A stretch of DNA of 64,000 bases from the NCBI RefSeq assembly GCF_001194135.2, contig NC_068982.1, positions 21,457,760 through 21,521,759 of the forward strand, given 5' to 3'. The position numbers and the translations under genes are program-made. The notes beneath the pieces are model-generated. The model had not been told where the DNA came from. It worked only from the letters and a program-made list of their open reading frames with translations, and did not search any database. Source of the stretch: Octopus bimaculoides. Taxonomy: Eukaryota. Positions 53,168-64,000 of the stretch are shown here, one piece after another (the first letter of the stretch is position 1; each line of letters starts with the position of its first letter).

Positions 53168-53205
<38 letters not shown>

Positions 53206-53361
53206 AGAGAGAGAGACAGACAGACATACATACATATAGAGTGAGAAAGAGAGACTGACGGTTGTGCACATCTTTCTGGTCATCTCCACACACACACACG
53301 CATCGATATATGAATATAGATTTTAGAATCAGCCAATATCTATTAGTAATAGTACTTGTGA

Positions 53362-53637
53362 AGGCGCATGGCTCAGTGGTTAGAGCGTGAAGTTGTGAGT
53401 TCGAATCCCTGACCGTGCTGCATGGTGTGTTCTTGAGCAAGGCACTTTATTTCACGTTGCTCCAGTTCGCTCAGCTGTAGACATGAGATGCAACGTCACA
53501 GGTGCCAACCTGTATCTGCCTTTGCCTTTCCCTTGGATAATACTGGTGGCTGGTATGCATAGGCGACTGCTTGGACTTGTGCCTGGAAGGGTAACTTTCT
53601 AGGTTCAATCCCATGGTCAGTCATGACCGAAGGGGCT
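53362..53637 (+). mobile_element. Family C tRNA-headed SINE
   Basis: AGGCGCATGGCTCAGTGGTTAG (A box), GAGTTCGAATCCC (B box), then CTTGAGCAAGGCACTTT...TTGCTCCAGT..CTCAGCTGTA, resembling the V-domain-type core as I recall it. Confidence 0.8.
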
Positions 53638-53879
53638 CTCAGTTGTACTTGTAGGGGGGATGCGCTGTAACAGCACGTCGCTGTATATACCATTAGTTGG
53701 TGATTCCTTGGTGATTCTTTACTCTTGGTGGATGATAACTTTGCACCACTCAGGTGACAACCTCCAACCCATGGGTTTGTTTTGGGTGGTTGTAGCTCGT
53801 GAGGGTTTTATGAGGTCAAATTGCAATTCCTACATCATCCATACTTAGTCACCATTCGTGACACACAAAGGAAAGGCTG

Positions 53880-54032
53880 AGCTTATTCTTTGCCATGCTG
53901 GTCCCCGCAGAGCACTAGAGCAATGTGAAACGAAGTGCATGCTCAAGCGCACAACACACCGGCCTTTCCAGGAATCGAACCCATGGTCGTAGGAGCGTGA
54001 GTGCAACGCCCTGCCCACTTGGCGAAGCGCCT
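53880..54032 (-). mobile_element. Family C SINE, opposite orientation (head and core clear, tail uncertain)
   Basis: Minus strand: AGGCGCTTCGCCAAGTGG...GGTTCGATTCC...CTTGAGCATGCACTTCGTTTCACATTGCTCTAGT. Confidence 0.7.
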
Positions 54033-55248
54033 TTACAAGTCAACTAGACCGTGAAAATTGCGGAGTAAAAATTACGTGCCCAATACTCTTTTTGACTTTA
54101 TAGTTCGATACCTTATTGATTCGCTAAAATACGACAAAAAGTGTCTGCATTTTTCTTTCAATCTTTTGGTACGAAGGAGGAATTTTTTCATAATCACTCG
54201 TTCATTCCAGTGACTGTTTTTACATTTGACCTTACAAAAACATTACATGCAAAGATATTACAAAGAAATAATTTTTGTCTACGTCAATTATATTAGAAGA
54301 AATAAACATTTATAGAATAAAATATTGAAATATTTCAGACGAATACATTTAATTTAAAGAGGTTATTCCAAATCTTAGGCAATGTAATTATCGGTTGCTT
54401 GCGATAATTTCATTCAAAAACGAAGAAAATACTAATATACAATTTTAAATCACTGATAAATATAATTTCACACAAGTCTATATTAAGGCGTGTGTGAAAT
54501 AGTCAGTATATATCTATGCATATAGAAACATCTACACATATAAAACCCATGCATACACACACACATATGCATATATATATATATATATATANNNNNNNNN
54601 NNNNNNNNNNNNNNNNNNNNNNNNNNNNNNNNNNNNNNNNNNNNNNNNNNNNNNNNNNNNNNNNNNNNNNNNNNNNNNNNNNNNNNNNNNNNNNNNNNNN
54701 NNNNNNNNNNNNNNNNNNNNNNNNNNNNNNNNNNNNNNNNNNNNNNNNNNNNNNNNNNNNNNNNNNNNNNNNNNNNNNNNNNNNNNNNNNNNNNNNNNNN
54801 NNNNNNNNNNNNNNNNNNNNNNNNNNNNNNNNNNNNNNNNNNNNNNNNNNNNNNNNNNNNNNNNNNNNNNNNNNNNNNNNNNNNNNNNNNNNNNNNNNNN
54901 NNNNNNNNNNNNNNNNNNNNNNNNNNNNNNNNNNNNNNNNNNNNNNNNNNNNNNNNNNNNNNNNNNNNNNNNNNNNNNNNNNNNNNNNNNNNNNNNNNNN
55001 NNNNNNNNNNNNNNNNNNNNNNNNNNNNNNNNNNNNNNNNNNNNNNNNNNNNNNNNNNNNNNNNNNNNNNNNNNNNNNNNNNNNNNNNNNNNNNNNNNNN
55101 NNNNNNNNNNNNNNNNNNNNNNNNNNNNNNNNNNNNNNNNNNNNNNNNNNNNNNNNNNNNNNNNNNNNNNNNNNNNNNNNNNNNNNNNNNNNNNNNNNNN
55201 NNNNNNNNNNNNNNNNNNNNNNNNNNNNNNNNNNNNNNNNNNNNNNNN

Positions 55249-55425
55249 CCCATGGACCGCAAATTAAATTTGTATACACAAATTAAACTTTGCCATGGCG
55301 GAATGTAGTGGCGGACAAAAAACAAGACAGGAAAACAAACAGAAAAGGCTATACGGCCAGACTGGAAAAATTATGCGTGTATGAACGCTGTGAGGCACGA
55401 ACTTGAAAGTGGGGACGAAGTAAGT
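55249..55425 (+). other. Candidate 5'/first exon of an unidentified gene
   Basis: Locally CpG-rich; GCCATGG at 55292-55298 opens MAECSGGQKTRQENKQKRLYGQTGKIMR with a possible donor CGT|GTATGA (55379); second ATG at 55381 gives MNAVRHELESGDE ending at the consensus donor GAA|GTAAGT (55420). No homology recognised. Confidence 0.3.
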
Positions 55426-55936
55426 TCGCGTGTTTGCTCGGTGATAGCCAAGGAAGAAAAGGATTATTGACCGGAAGCATGTGATCATGCCGGTGTATGG
55501 GGAAGAGAGAGAGTGGTAGAGGGTGAAACAAAGGGAAGAAGTAGAAGAATAGGTGAGCAACGAGAGGAAAAGAGGAAGTACGAGGGGGAAAACAGAGATA
55601 CGTAGTAGTAACAGTGGAAGAACGAGAGGGGTAAAGAGAGATACGTAGTAGTAAACAGAGGAAGAACGAGAGGGGGAAAATGATAGAGGAAGAGAAAGAG
55701 AAAAAGAAAGAGATAGAGTGGCGTCGGAAAATATAAAGTTGCGATAAATACTTACAAATTGGTGACGCGGCGTTCGGTCATGTAAAAACAAATAGTAAAT
55801 GAGTATATGCATATATACGTACAGGTATGTGCATACCCACATCCACCTGTATGTATAGGTGCATATCTGAGTACAGGACATTGCAAACAAAACGTAGACA
55901 AGAAAACACACAAGCCACATAGAGAACATTTTCCTT

Positions 55937-55979
<43 letters not shown>

Positions 55980-56103
55980 TGTATGTATGTATGCATGTAT
56001 GTATGTATGTATGTGCGTATGCATGTATGTATGTATGTATGTATAATCGCATATTCTGTCATGTGCGTTTATTGTTAATTCTGTTTGACCCCTATCGCAA
56101 AAA

Positions 56104-56288
56104 AATTTAGGAGGAGGTGGCCAGTCGATTAGATCGGCCCAAGTACGCAACTGGTACGTAATTTATCGACCCCGAAAGGATGAAAGGCAAAGTTGACCTC
56201 GGTGGAATTTGAATTCAGAACGTAAAGACAGACGAAATACCGCTAAGCATTTCCCCGGACTGCTAACGTTTCTGCCACCTCACCGCCT
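56104..56288 (-). mobile_element. Family B SINE, near full length
   Basis: Collinear with 33773-34004 over head and core; tail of the CTGGCCACCTCC type. Confidence 0.9.
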
Positions 56289-56941
56289 TATGCCCAATAA
56301 TATATTGCTTTGTATACATTACGTACTTTTCGATATAAAAGTCTGTAGTTTCATTCCATAAAACAGGCGCATGTGTTTCACTTTTCTTCAATTATAATAC
56401 TCATTTTGGCATCGCTTTGAAATGCAAATCTGACGATTTATTCTCCCTATTTCAGACACATAAAAGAAAAATCAAGATATGAGTTTTAATAAAATCATCT
56501 CCTTGTAAATTCGCCTCACTTTCTTAATTGCTCTCCTTGTCTCACTTATCTTTGTCTCCAATCTTCCCTTGGAGAAAATATTATATTCAATAAAACAAAT
56601 GTATCTAACCAACAATTTCCACCCTGCTTACAATTCAATAATTGTTTAGAACACTCAACATAGCACATTCTTTCACCATATTTCTATACATCTTGAATCT
56701 ATCATTTTTGTAACAGTAGAGCAAACGATTCCTGTCTAGAACTCGCTCTCAATCACCTTGTTTTACCAATTCTCCCACCCTTCTCATGTTTCTCTTTCGT
56801 ATCTCTCTGTAAGTCTAGCTGTCTGTATGTATGTCTTCTTGTCTCTCTATCTGTCGAACTCTCTCTCTCCCCCACTCTCTCTTAACTCATCGTCTTTGTG
56901 TTTTATCTATTTTACACGACAAATGGCTATTTGTGCAAGCG

Positions 56942-56946
56942 TTATC

Positions 56947-57007
<61 letters not shown>

Positions 57008-57045
57008 CTCTATCTATCTATCTATCTATCTATCTATATATATAC
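56942..57045. repeat. (TATC)n microsatellite
   Basis: Visible directly in the sequence. Confidence 0.95.
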
Positions 57046-57151
57046 ATNNNNNNNNNNNNNNNNNNNNNNNNNNNNNNNNNNNNNNNNNNNNNNNNNNNNN
57101 NNNNNNNNNNNNNNNNNNNNNNNNNNNNNNNNNNNNNNNNNNNNNNNNNNN

Positions 57152-57242
<91 letters not shown>

Positions 57243-57253
57243 GTGTGTATATA

Positions 57254-57298
<45 letters not shown>

Positions 57299-57558
57299 TG
57301 GGAATGTGTGTGTGTCTGCTTGTGTTTGTGAGTATGTTTGCGTGCGCGTGTGTATGACTATGGAACTGAAACACATTGTAGAAGCTAACCCTTACTTTCC
57401 ACCATCAACTAACCTTCACCTCGATTGTGATATTATTATACATTCATCTATATATCACCTTTCTACTTCAGCACGGATTTAAGTACACTCCAGAACATCG
57501 AATAAACCTCCACATCCACATATTCACCAACACACTCACATACCACTCTCTCCTCCTC

Positions 57559-57608
<50 letters not shown>

Positions 57609-57628
57609 TACACACTCACACGCACACA

Positions 57629-57661
<33 letters not shown>

Positions 57662-58716
57662 TGTCTCTGTCTCTCTTCCTTTTCCTCTCCTTCTCTCAAA
57701 CATGCTTACACACATTTTTATTCACTCTAACTCACACAATGAATATTTGCACGTAGCTGTCGTTGCAATCAATAAGCAATATTAAATCTCCAGCAAAGAC
57801 ACTTAATACTGAATGACCTACCGGTAAATTGATTTAACAGGAAGTTACTGTTCCCTGCTGCTTGGCAGTGATTGCAGTGTATGATTGAGTGCAGCGTTTA
57901 ATTACTCTACAGCGTTAATCTCACATCTCCCAATTAGCAAAATTGTTAGTCCTATTCCCGAGCATAATCTACTCACTCGCAGCCTGCTTAACCACCGATA
58001 TCTAGGAGGGAATCCATTCCAGACAACCACGAGAACAGCAACGTTTGTCAATAGAAACTGTGAACAAAAAATAAAATGTAAGAGGAAATTGCATATATAA
58101 TCATGTAACATTAGTTGTAATTTAAAAGCTAAAAGTAGTAAACGATATTTTCTGCTTGTTGCTTGCATATTTTGGTGTAAGGGCATGCGTAGTAGATGGA
58201 GGTAAAACAGCATGCATTTATGCATCAAGATAAAAAGAGAAACAGAGTAAGAGAGAGGGCGAGATAGAAAGAGAGTGTGTGACTACATAAGGTCGATTAA
58301 TCTGCCAGATATAGCCATCATATCACTGCAACTACCTTAATAATAAAAAGGATAGGCAGCATATATTTGATGTTAGGCAGAAACTATCCTAAACTATGGA
58401 CTTATAGTTCAGATTTGAAGAGTTTTCATGTCATATTCGTTCAATGAAGATCGACTTGTGGGGTGGAGGTTAAAAACGTGCAATAACAACAGCAGCCAAA
58501 AATACTATACAGAAACGATGAATATTTATGAAAACTTGCTCAACGTAGAGAAAGAATGAAACTTTTGAGAAGTTGAGAAAATAAAGTAATGCAGAAAATA
58601 TCCGAGGAAGACAAAATTAGAGAATTATTTGTAGAAGAGGTTGAGGCAGCACCACAGACTATATAAATTTCTTTTTTCCGTTTTTCTATCCATGTAGTGG
58701 TGAGCATTATATTCTA

Positions 58717-59757
58717 TCAGGTCATCCCATAAGTTCTGTCCAAATTTTTAATAAAGAAAACAAGTGATCTAATGTTATATTTAATTGAAATTTAATCAGC
58801 AATGTACTTTCTCTGATTATCTATGACTTTCTTCCATGTATTTATGTCCTCCAAATGATTCTGTAAACTATGAAACAAATGGTAGTCTGGTGAATAAGGT
58901 GGATAAGGAATTTTTTCCCGACCAAGCTCTTCGATCTTCTCTGATGTGATCTTTGCAGTGTGGTGTCGCGCATTGTCCTGATGAAACATCACTCCTTTTC
59001 GATTCACTAAAACAGATCTTTTTTTCCTCAGAGCTTGGTTCAAACGCTCTAATTGCTGACAGTAGACTTGAGCATTGATTGTTGCATTAGGTGAATTACT
59101 CCTTTGCAATCCCACCAGATAGTGAGTAGAACATTTTTCCCATGAAGTTCCCTTTGCGGTTGTGGTTGAACTTTTTCCCTTTTACCAAGCCGCTGTTTAC
59201 GATGTTTAACATTTCGTTAGAAGATCCATTTTTTTCCTCATTAGTCGCAAGTCTATCCAAAAAGGGTGAAATGAGTTCGCGAAAATGGAGAGAAGAGCAA
59301 ATGTCAACACGAGAATTGCGGTTGCTTTCGGACAATTCATGAGGCACCCATTTTCCAAGTTTAGGAACCTTTCCAAGTTGAACAGTTGTATGGTTTGAAC
59401 TAAGCTTTATTGCCAATTCTTCAACTGATGATGCAGGATTTTCTTCAAGTAATGCTTCAAGGAGCTTATCATCAAACTCAAATGGACGTCCTGTGCGATC
59501 TTCATCTCCACTTCTGAATTTTGTAAACCATCTTCTGGATTATGTGCTTTAAATGTTCTTTGGATAATTCCATGTTAAAAATGGTTTTAATCAAATAAAT
59601 TTTAATTCTATTATTCTGTAAAATAATATTTAATTAGTTAAAATGTACACAAATGCATAAAAATAATTTTAAATTCCATTAGACATTCTAAAATACTATT
59701 AAATTTCATTCAATTTTAAAAAAGGTAAAATCGGACAGAACTTATGGGATGACCTGA
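58717..59757 (-). mobile_element. mariner DNA transposon, TIR-complete, internally deleted
   Basis: Perfect 25-bp TIR TCAGGTCATCCCATAAGTTCTGTCC (58717-58741 / 59733-59757), TA duplication on both sides (58715-58716, 59758-59759), 1041 bp. Confidence 0.96.
58792..59560 (-). pseudogene. mariner transposase pseudogene
   Basis: Frameshifted pieces LGKWVPHEL, FHQDNARHHTA and PYSPDYHLFHSLQNHL. The usual YSPDLAPSDY motif has lost LAPSD and the first catalytic DE region is garbled (ATNEEK). Confidence 0.92.
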
Positions 59758-60936
59758 TATAAAACGCATTCAGACGCCAGGGTATACTATTGCTGGTTGA
59801 TCTATGCTCAGTATATATGAACCTATCTGTCCATATTGTTTGGCTGGGATTTAGGCAGTTATATCACTCGGGGAAGAGATATGGGCTGGCTATGAGCACT
59901 TTGGAAGAATTTGAATCGAAAATGCAGTTTGATTGAAGAGATACAACAAAGTAGCTTTGCTAGTATTTGTAGTTAGTAACAAACACATAAGAATGAATAG
60001 AATAATCAACGCAAATATGAAGATGATCTTTTTAACTTAGGAGAACTGAATGCGACATTCTACTTTATGAATAACTATTAGGAACAAAGACTCATATGTA
60101 GCATAAGTGAAAACAATTTACGGTGTGAAACATGCTTGTTTCTTATTTCTACGGTGAATATTTAGAGTTGAGTGCAAAAAGTCATGGAAGTAACTGTTGA
60201 AGTGTTTCAACTTCAAACTTACATTAAAGCTTCACGCAGAAATCTTGTTCTTGTATTATCACCTTTGCAATTCTGTTTCTTCTGTCAACAAAGATGTCAT
60301 GATTTATTTCAACATTAAGTTATCATAGCTCTTCCCTTTAGATTTGAAGTGAAAACAGAAAATATTGTTAAATTTTATATCTTTACTTGCAAGGTGAATT
60401 TCGATGATCTTCACATATTACTAAAAGTTAATATATTCATCAGAGGTGTAAAACAAAAAAGAAATTTCCTTTTAAACCAGAGATAATAGAAATTGCTTTT
60501 TCTTCTTTATAAATGTTTGACTTCCCAAATATCTAGAAAGGTGTTATTTACGCGAAGCACAATTTAACAGTTAAATAAAATATGTATGTTCAAACACAAA
60601 GAACAAAATTTGTAGGTGTTTGGTTCTGTAATCCTTATATTCAGTAGATTCGAATGGTAGTAAATACCATTCATTCTACAAGTGAACGTCTAAGGAAGCA
60701 AAGATACAGCTGCTGAAATATGCAATCTTTTGTGCATGCTCGTATATATATAAATATTTGTGTGTATATAGATATGTGCATGTATATATTATATATATAT
60801 ATATNNNNNNNNNNNNNNNNNNNNNNNNNNNNNNNNNNNNNNNNNNNNNNNNNNNNNNNNNNNNNNNNNNNNNNNNNNNNNNNNNNNNNNNNNNNNNNNN
60901 NNNNNNNNNNNNNNGTATATATATATATATGTATAT

Positions 60937-60988
<52 letters not shown>

Positions 60989-61097
60989 ATATATGTGTGT
61001 GCGTATATAGATGTATAAATATATATATATATAAATATTTGTGTGTATATAGATATGTGCATGTATATATTATATATATATATATCTATATATATAC

Positions 61098-61129
<32 letters not shown>

Positions 61130-62270
61130 ATACATTTAAATTTGTATGCGTGCGTGTGTCAGTGAGATACCCACATTCATATTATATGTTATAATGTTTG
61201 TCGCTTGGATATAATGCATATATTTTCACAATGAGTTTTATAAACGTCAGCATTATATATATATATATATATATATATATACAAGTATGCACATATACAA
61301 TAAAATAAAAGATCAGGAATTTTTCAATGATATACAACTATTGCCTTTCAGATTTCTAAGAAGCGAAATGTAATAAAAATGAACATTTTTTTATGTTTCC
61401 TGTTTTTTTTGGGGGGGGGATTCTCATTTAAATTTTTTTCGTTGCAACTGTTCCTGTAGATATGCCGGTTGTTATTGTTGATTTTATGTTATCGTATATG
61501 CTATTGTAGATGTTGCTGTTGTTATTGCCGTTCTGGTTGAAACAGCCAAATATATTTGTCAAATAATACGAGCTCTATCTGGAATATTGGTAAATAGTTA
61601 TAACATGTTCTTCGAATAAATTGGTGCGTATCTCTTTTACTTGTCTTTAGTTTTTGCTTTATGTTTAGACGATGAATGTATCATTGCTTGTCCTCTATAT
61701 TTCATGCTCTGTCCATATACATACATATATAAGTTTGTGTTTTTATATGTATATGTGTATGTATATATATNNNNNNNNNNNNNNNNNNNNNNNNNNNNNN
61801 NNNNNNNNNNNNNNNNNNNNNNNNNNNNNNNNNNNNNNNNNNNNNNNNNNNNNNNNNNNNNNNNNNNNNNNNNNNNNNNNNNNNNNNNNNNNNNNNNNNN
61901 NNNNNNNNNNNNNNNNNNNNNNNNNNNNNNNNNNNNNNNNNNNNNNNNNNNNNNNNNNNNNNNNNNNNNNNNNNNNNNNNNNNNNNNNNNNNNNNNNNNN
62001 NNNNNNNNNNNNNNNNNNNNNNNNNNNNNNNNNNNNNNNNNNNNNNNNNNNNNNNNNNNNNNNNNNNNNNNNNNNNNNNNNNNNNNNNNNNNNNNNNNNN
62101 NNNNNNNNNNNNNNNNNNNNNNNNNNNNNNNNNNNNNNNNNNNNNNNNNNNNNNNNNNNNNNNNNNNNNNNNNNNNNNNNNNNNNNNNNNNNNNNNNNNN
62201 NNNNNNNNNNNNNNNNNNNNNNNNNNNNNNNNNNNNNNNNNNNNNNNNNNNNNNNNNNNNNNNNNNNNNN

Positions 62271-62313
<43 letters not shown>

Positions 62314-63815
62314 GTGCCTGAAAGAAATATATATAAATATATGTATGTGCACGCACATATATACACATATATACTACATTCATACGTACATATATCTATA
62401 TACAATTTTACATATATGTGTATGTATAAAGCTACGTGATATGTATTAAAACTTTTTCAAAGATATAGATATTATTTATATATTTCTATATGGAAATCTG
62501 TCGATTTTCATTTATTTACCGTTCATAAAAGTTACAAGCAAGTAATACAATTATGCAGAAGCGGTCGTGAAAACGACAACAAAGACGAAGTATGATTTAG
62601 GCGGGGAATAACATGCATAACTACATAAATATAATCGGAGATATGTAGACGTTTATCAACTGAATATCTACAAGCAGCAACGTATGTATATGTATGTATG
62701 TATGTATGTATGTGGGGGGTATCATTGTGAACCTACTAGCATCAACCTTTTTCACCATGCAAACATCGTTTTCTTCAGAGGAAAGAATATTTGTTTACTA
62801 ATGCCGTATGAGGCTTATAGGAACAGGAATCCCTATATTACTCAAAAGACACCTTGAAAACAATGATGGAAAGAAGTTAAAACACCTGATACAGAATGAA
62901 TCGTGGTCACTTCTACTATATTTGGAGCATATCATTTGAAACGATCAATTTCTCATCTTAAAAGATGTTTTACGTTACCAGCTATTTCTTATTATAAAAT
63001 CCCGTTTGTTTAAATCCCTAAAGAGAAACGAATAGTGTGTACGATAAATCATCTCCGCTTAGGTCAAATTTATATATAATTTACGATACATTATTGACAA
63101 TATCATTTCTAATTTTTATATAACTTAGGTTATATGTGAATAAACATGATAAATACCTTGATCCAAATAACATCAGGCCGATGGGAGTAGTACACTGAGA
63201 TGCGAGGAAGATGCATCATGGTACTACTTATTCTGTAAATTTTCAGAATATAGCTGCTTAATTTATCTGAATTCCTGTATATTTTATAGTAATAATATTT
63301 CTTTTTTTATTTCTTTTTTTTTTTATTTTAGCATCAGAATAATTTCCGACGCGTGGTTAAAAACCCGCGAGATATCTATCATTCAACAAAGAGAGCAGCA
63401 AATCTGAATTTTTATAAGAACGGGCGATATCCTTATTGCATAAGTTCACAAACAATTAAATGTAAAAATGTTCAACATACTTTATATGAGTGTATGCTCT
63501 AGCTCCTATGTTCCCAATGCGTATACATCTGTTTCCACAACTATTTTTACATGAAAAATTCTATTTGTAACTCAGGAGATGCTAATGTAATTTTCTAAGA
63601 GTACAAATGTAATTCTCTGAACCAGAATGATTCAATGTATTTGTGTCAGTTCTTAGCTTAAGAATGTTGTCTTTATGATGTGATTCTACGCATTTCATCT
63701 ACACTGTGATATCACGTGTTACCGAATACTGAAACATATGTAGCTGATTAAATAAAAAATTACCATGTTCATATACATATGTATATATTTATATATATAT
63801 ATATAAGTATATATA

Positions 63816-64000
63816 AGGAGTGGCTATGTGGTAAGTAGCTAGCTTACCAAACACATGCCTCTGGGTTCAGTCCCACTGCGTGGCACCTTGGGCAAGTGTA
63901 TTCTACTATAGCCTCAAACCGACCAAAGCGTTGTGAGTGGATTTGGTAGGCGGAAACTGAAAGAAGCCCGTCGTATATATATATATATATATATATATAT
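63816..64000 (+). mobile_element. Family A SINE 5' half, running off the window in its internal (TA)n
   Basis: AGGAGTGGCTATGTGGTAAGTAGC...GAAACTGAAAGAAGCCCGTCG(TA)n. Confidence 0.92.

Noticed and set aside
53362-53430. tRNA-like A and B boxes
   Set aside because: No complete cloverleaf or acceptor stem, and the sequence continues into a SINE core, so it is not a tRNA gene.
57840-58100. Non-repetitive stretch with an acceptor-like AG and a 71-aa ORF
   Set aside because: No recognisable homology or matching donor; could be regulatory but nothing in the sequence supports a call.

Overview
AT-rich, repeat-saturated eukaryotic DNA with many N gaps, almost all bordered by di-, tri- or tetranucleotide microsatellites. 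The SINE families and LINE fragments resemble those I know from octopod cephalopods, so Octopus-like intronic or intergenic DNA is my inference. I could not support any intact host protein-coding gene, rRNA or true tRNA gene; most ORFs in the track are translated microsatellites or N runs. Supportable content: three tRNA-headed SINE families (my labels A, B, C; about 20 copies), restriction-like-endonuclease (RLE, R4/Dong-type) LINE fragments, two L1/Tx1-type LINE relics, two Penelope-like relics, a TIR-complete but decayed mariner (58717-59757), a Helentron-associated HINE/DINE-like element and a Tigger/pogo-like MITE. The best leads are: (i) two RLE LINE lineages that appear to partition microsatellite targets, one in (AAT)n as known for Dong and one in (CATA)n; (ii) a 267-bp, 265/267-identical duplication whose second copy sits in a TA-rich microsatellite; (iii) a hairpin module shared between SINE families plus apparent 3' tail swapping; (iv) close inverted SINE pairs that could form dsRNA; (v) a CpG-rich candidate first exon at about 55.3 kb. 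All alignments and translations were done by eye.
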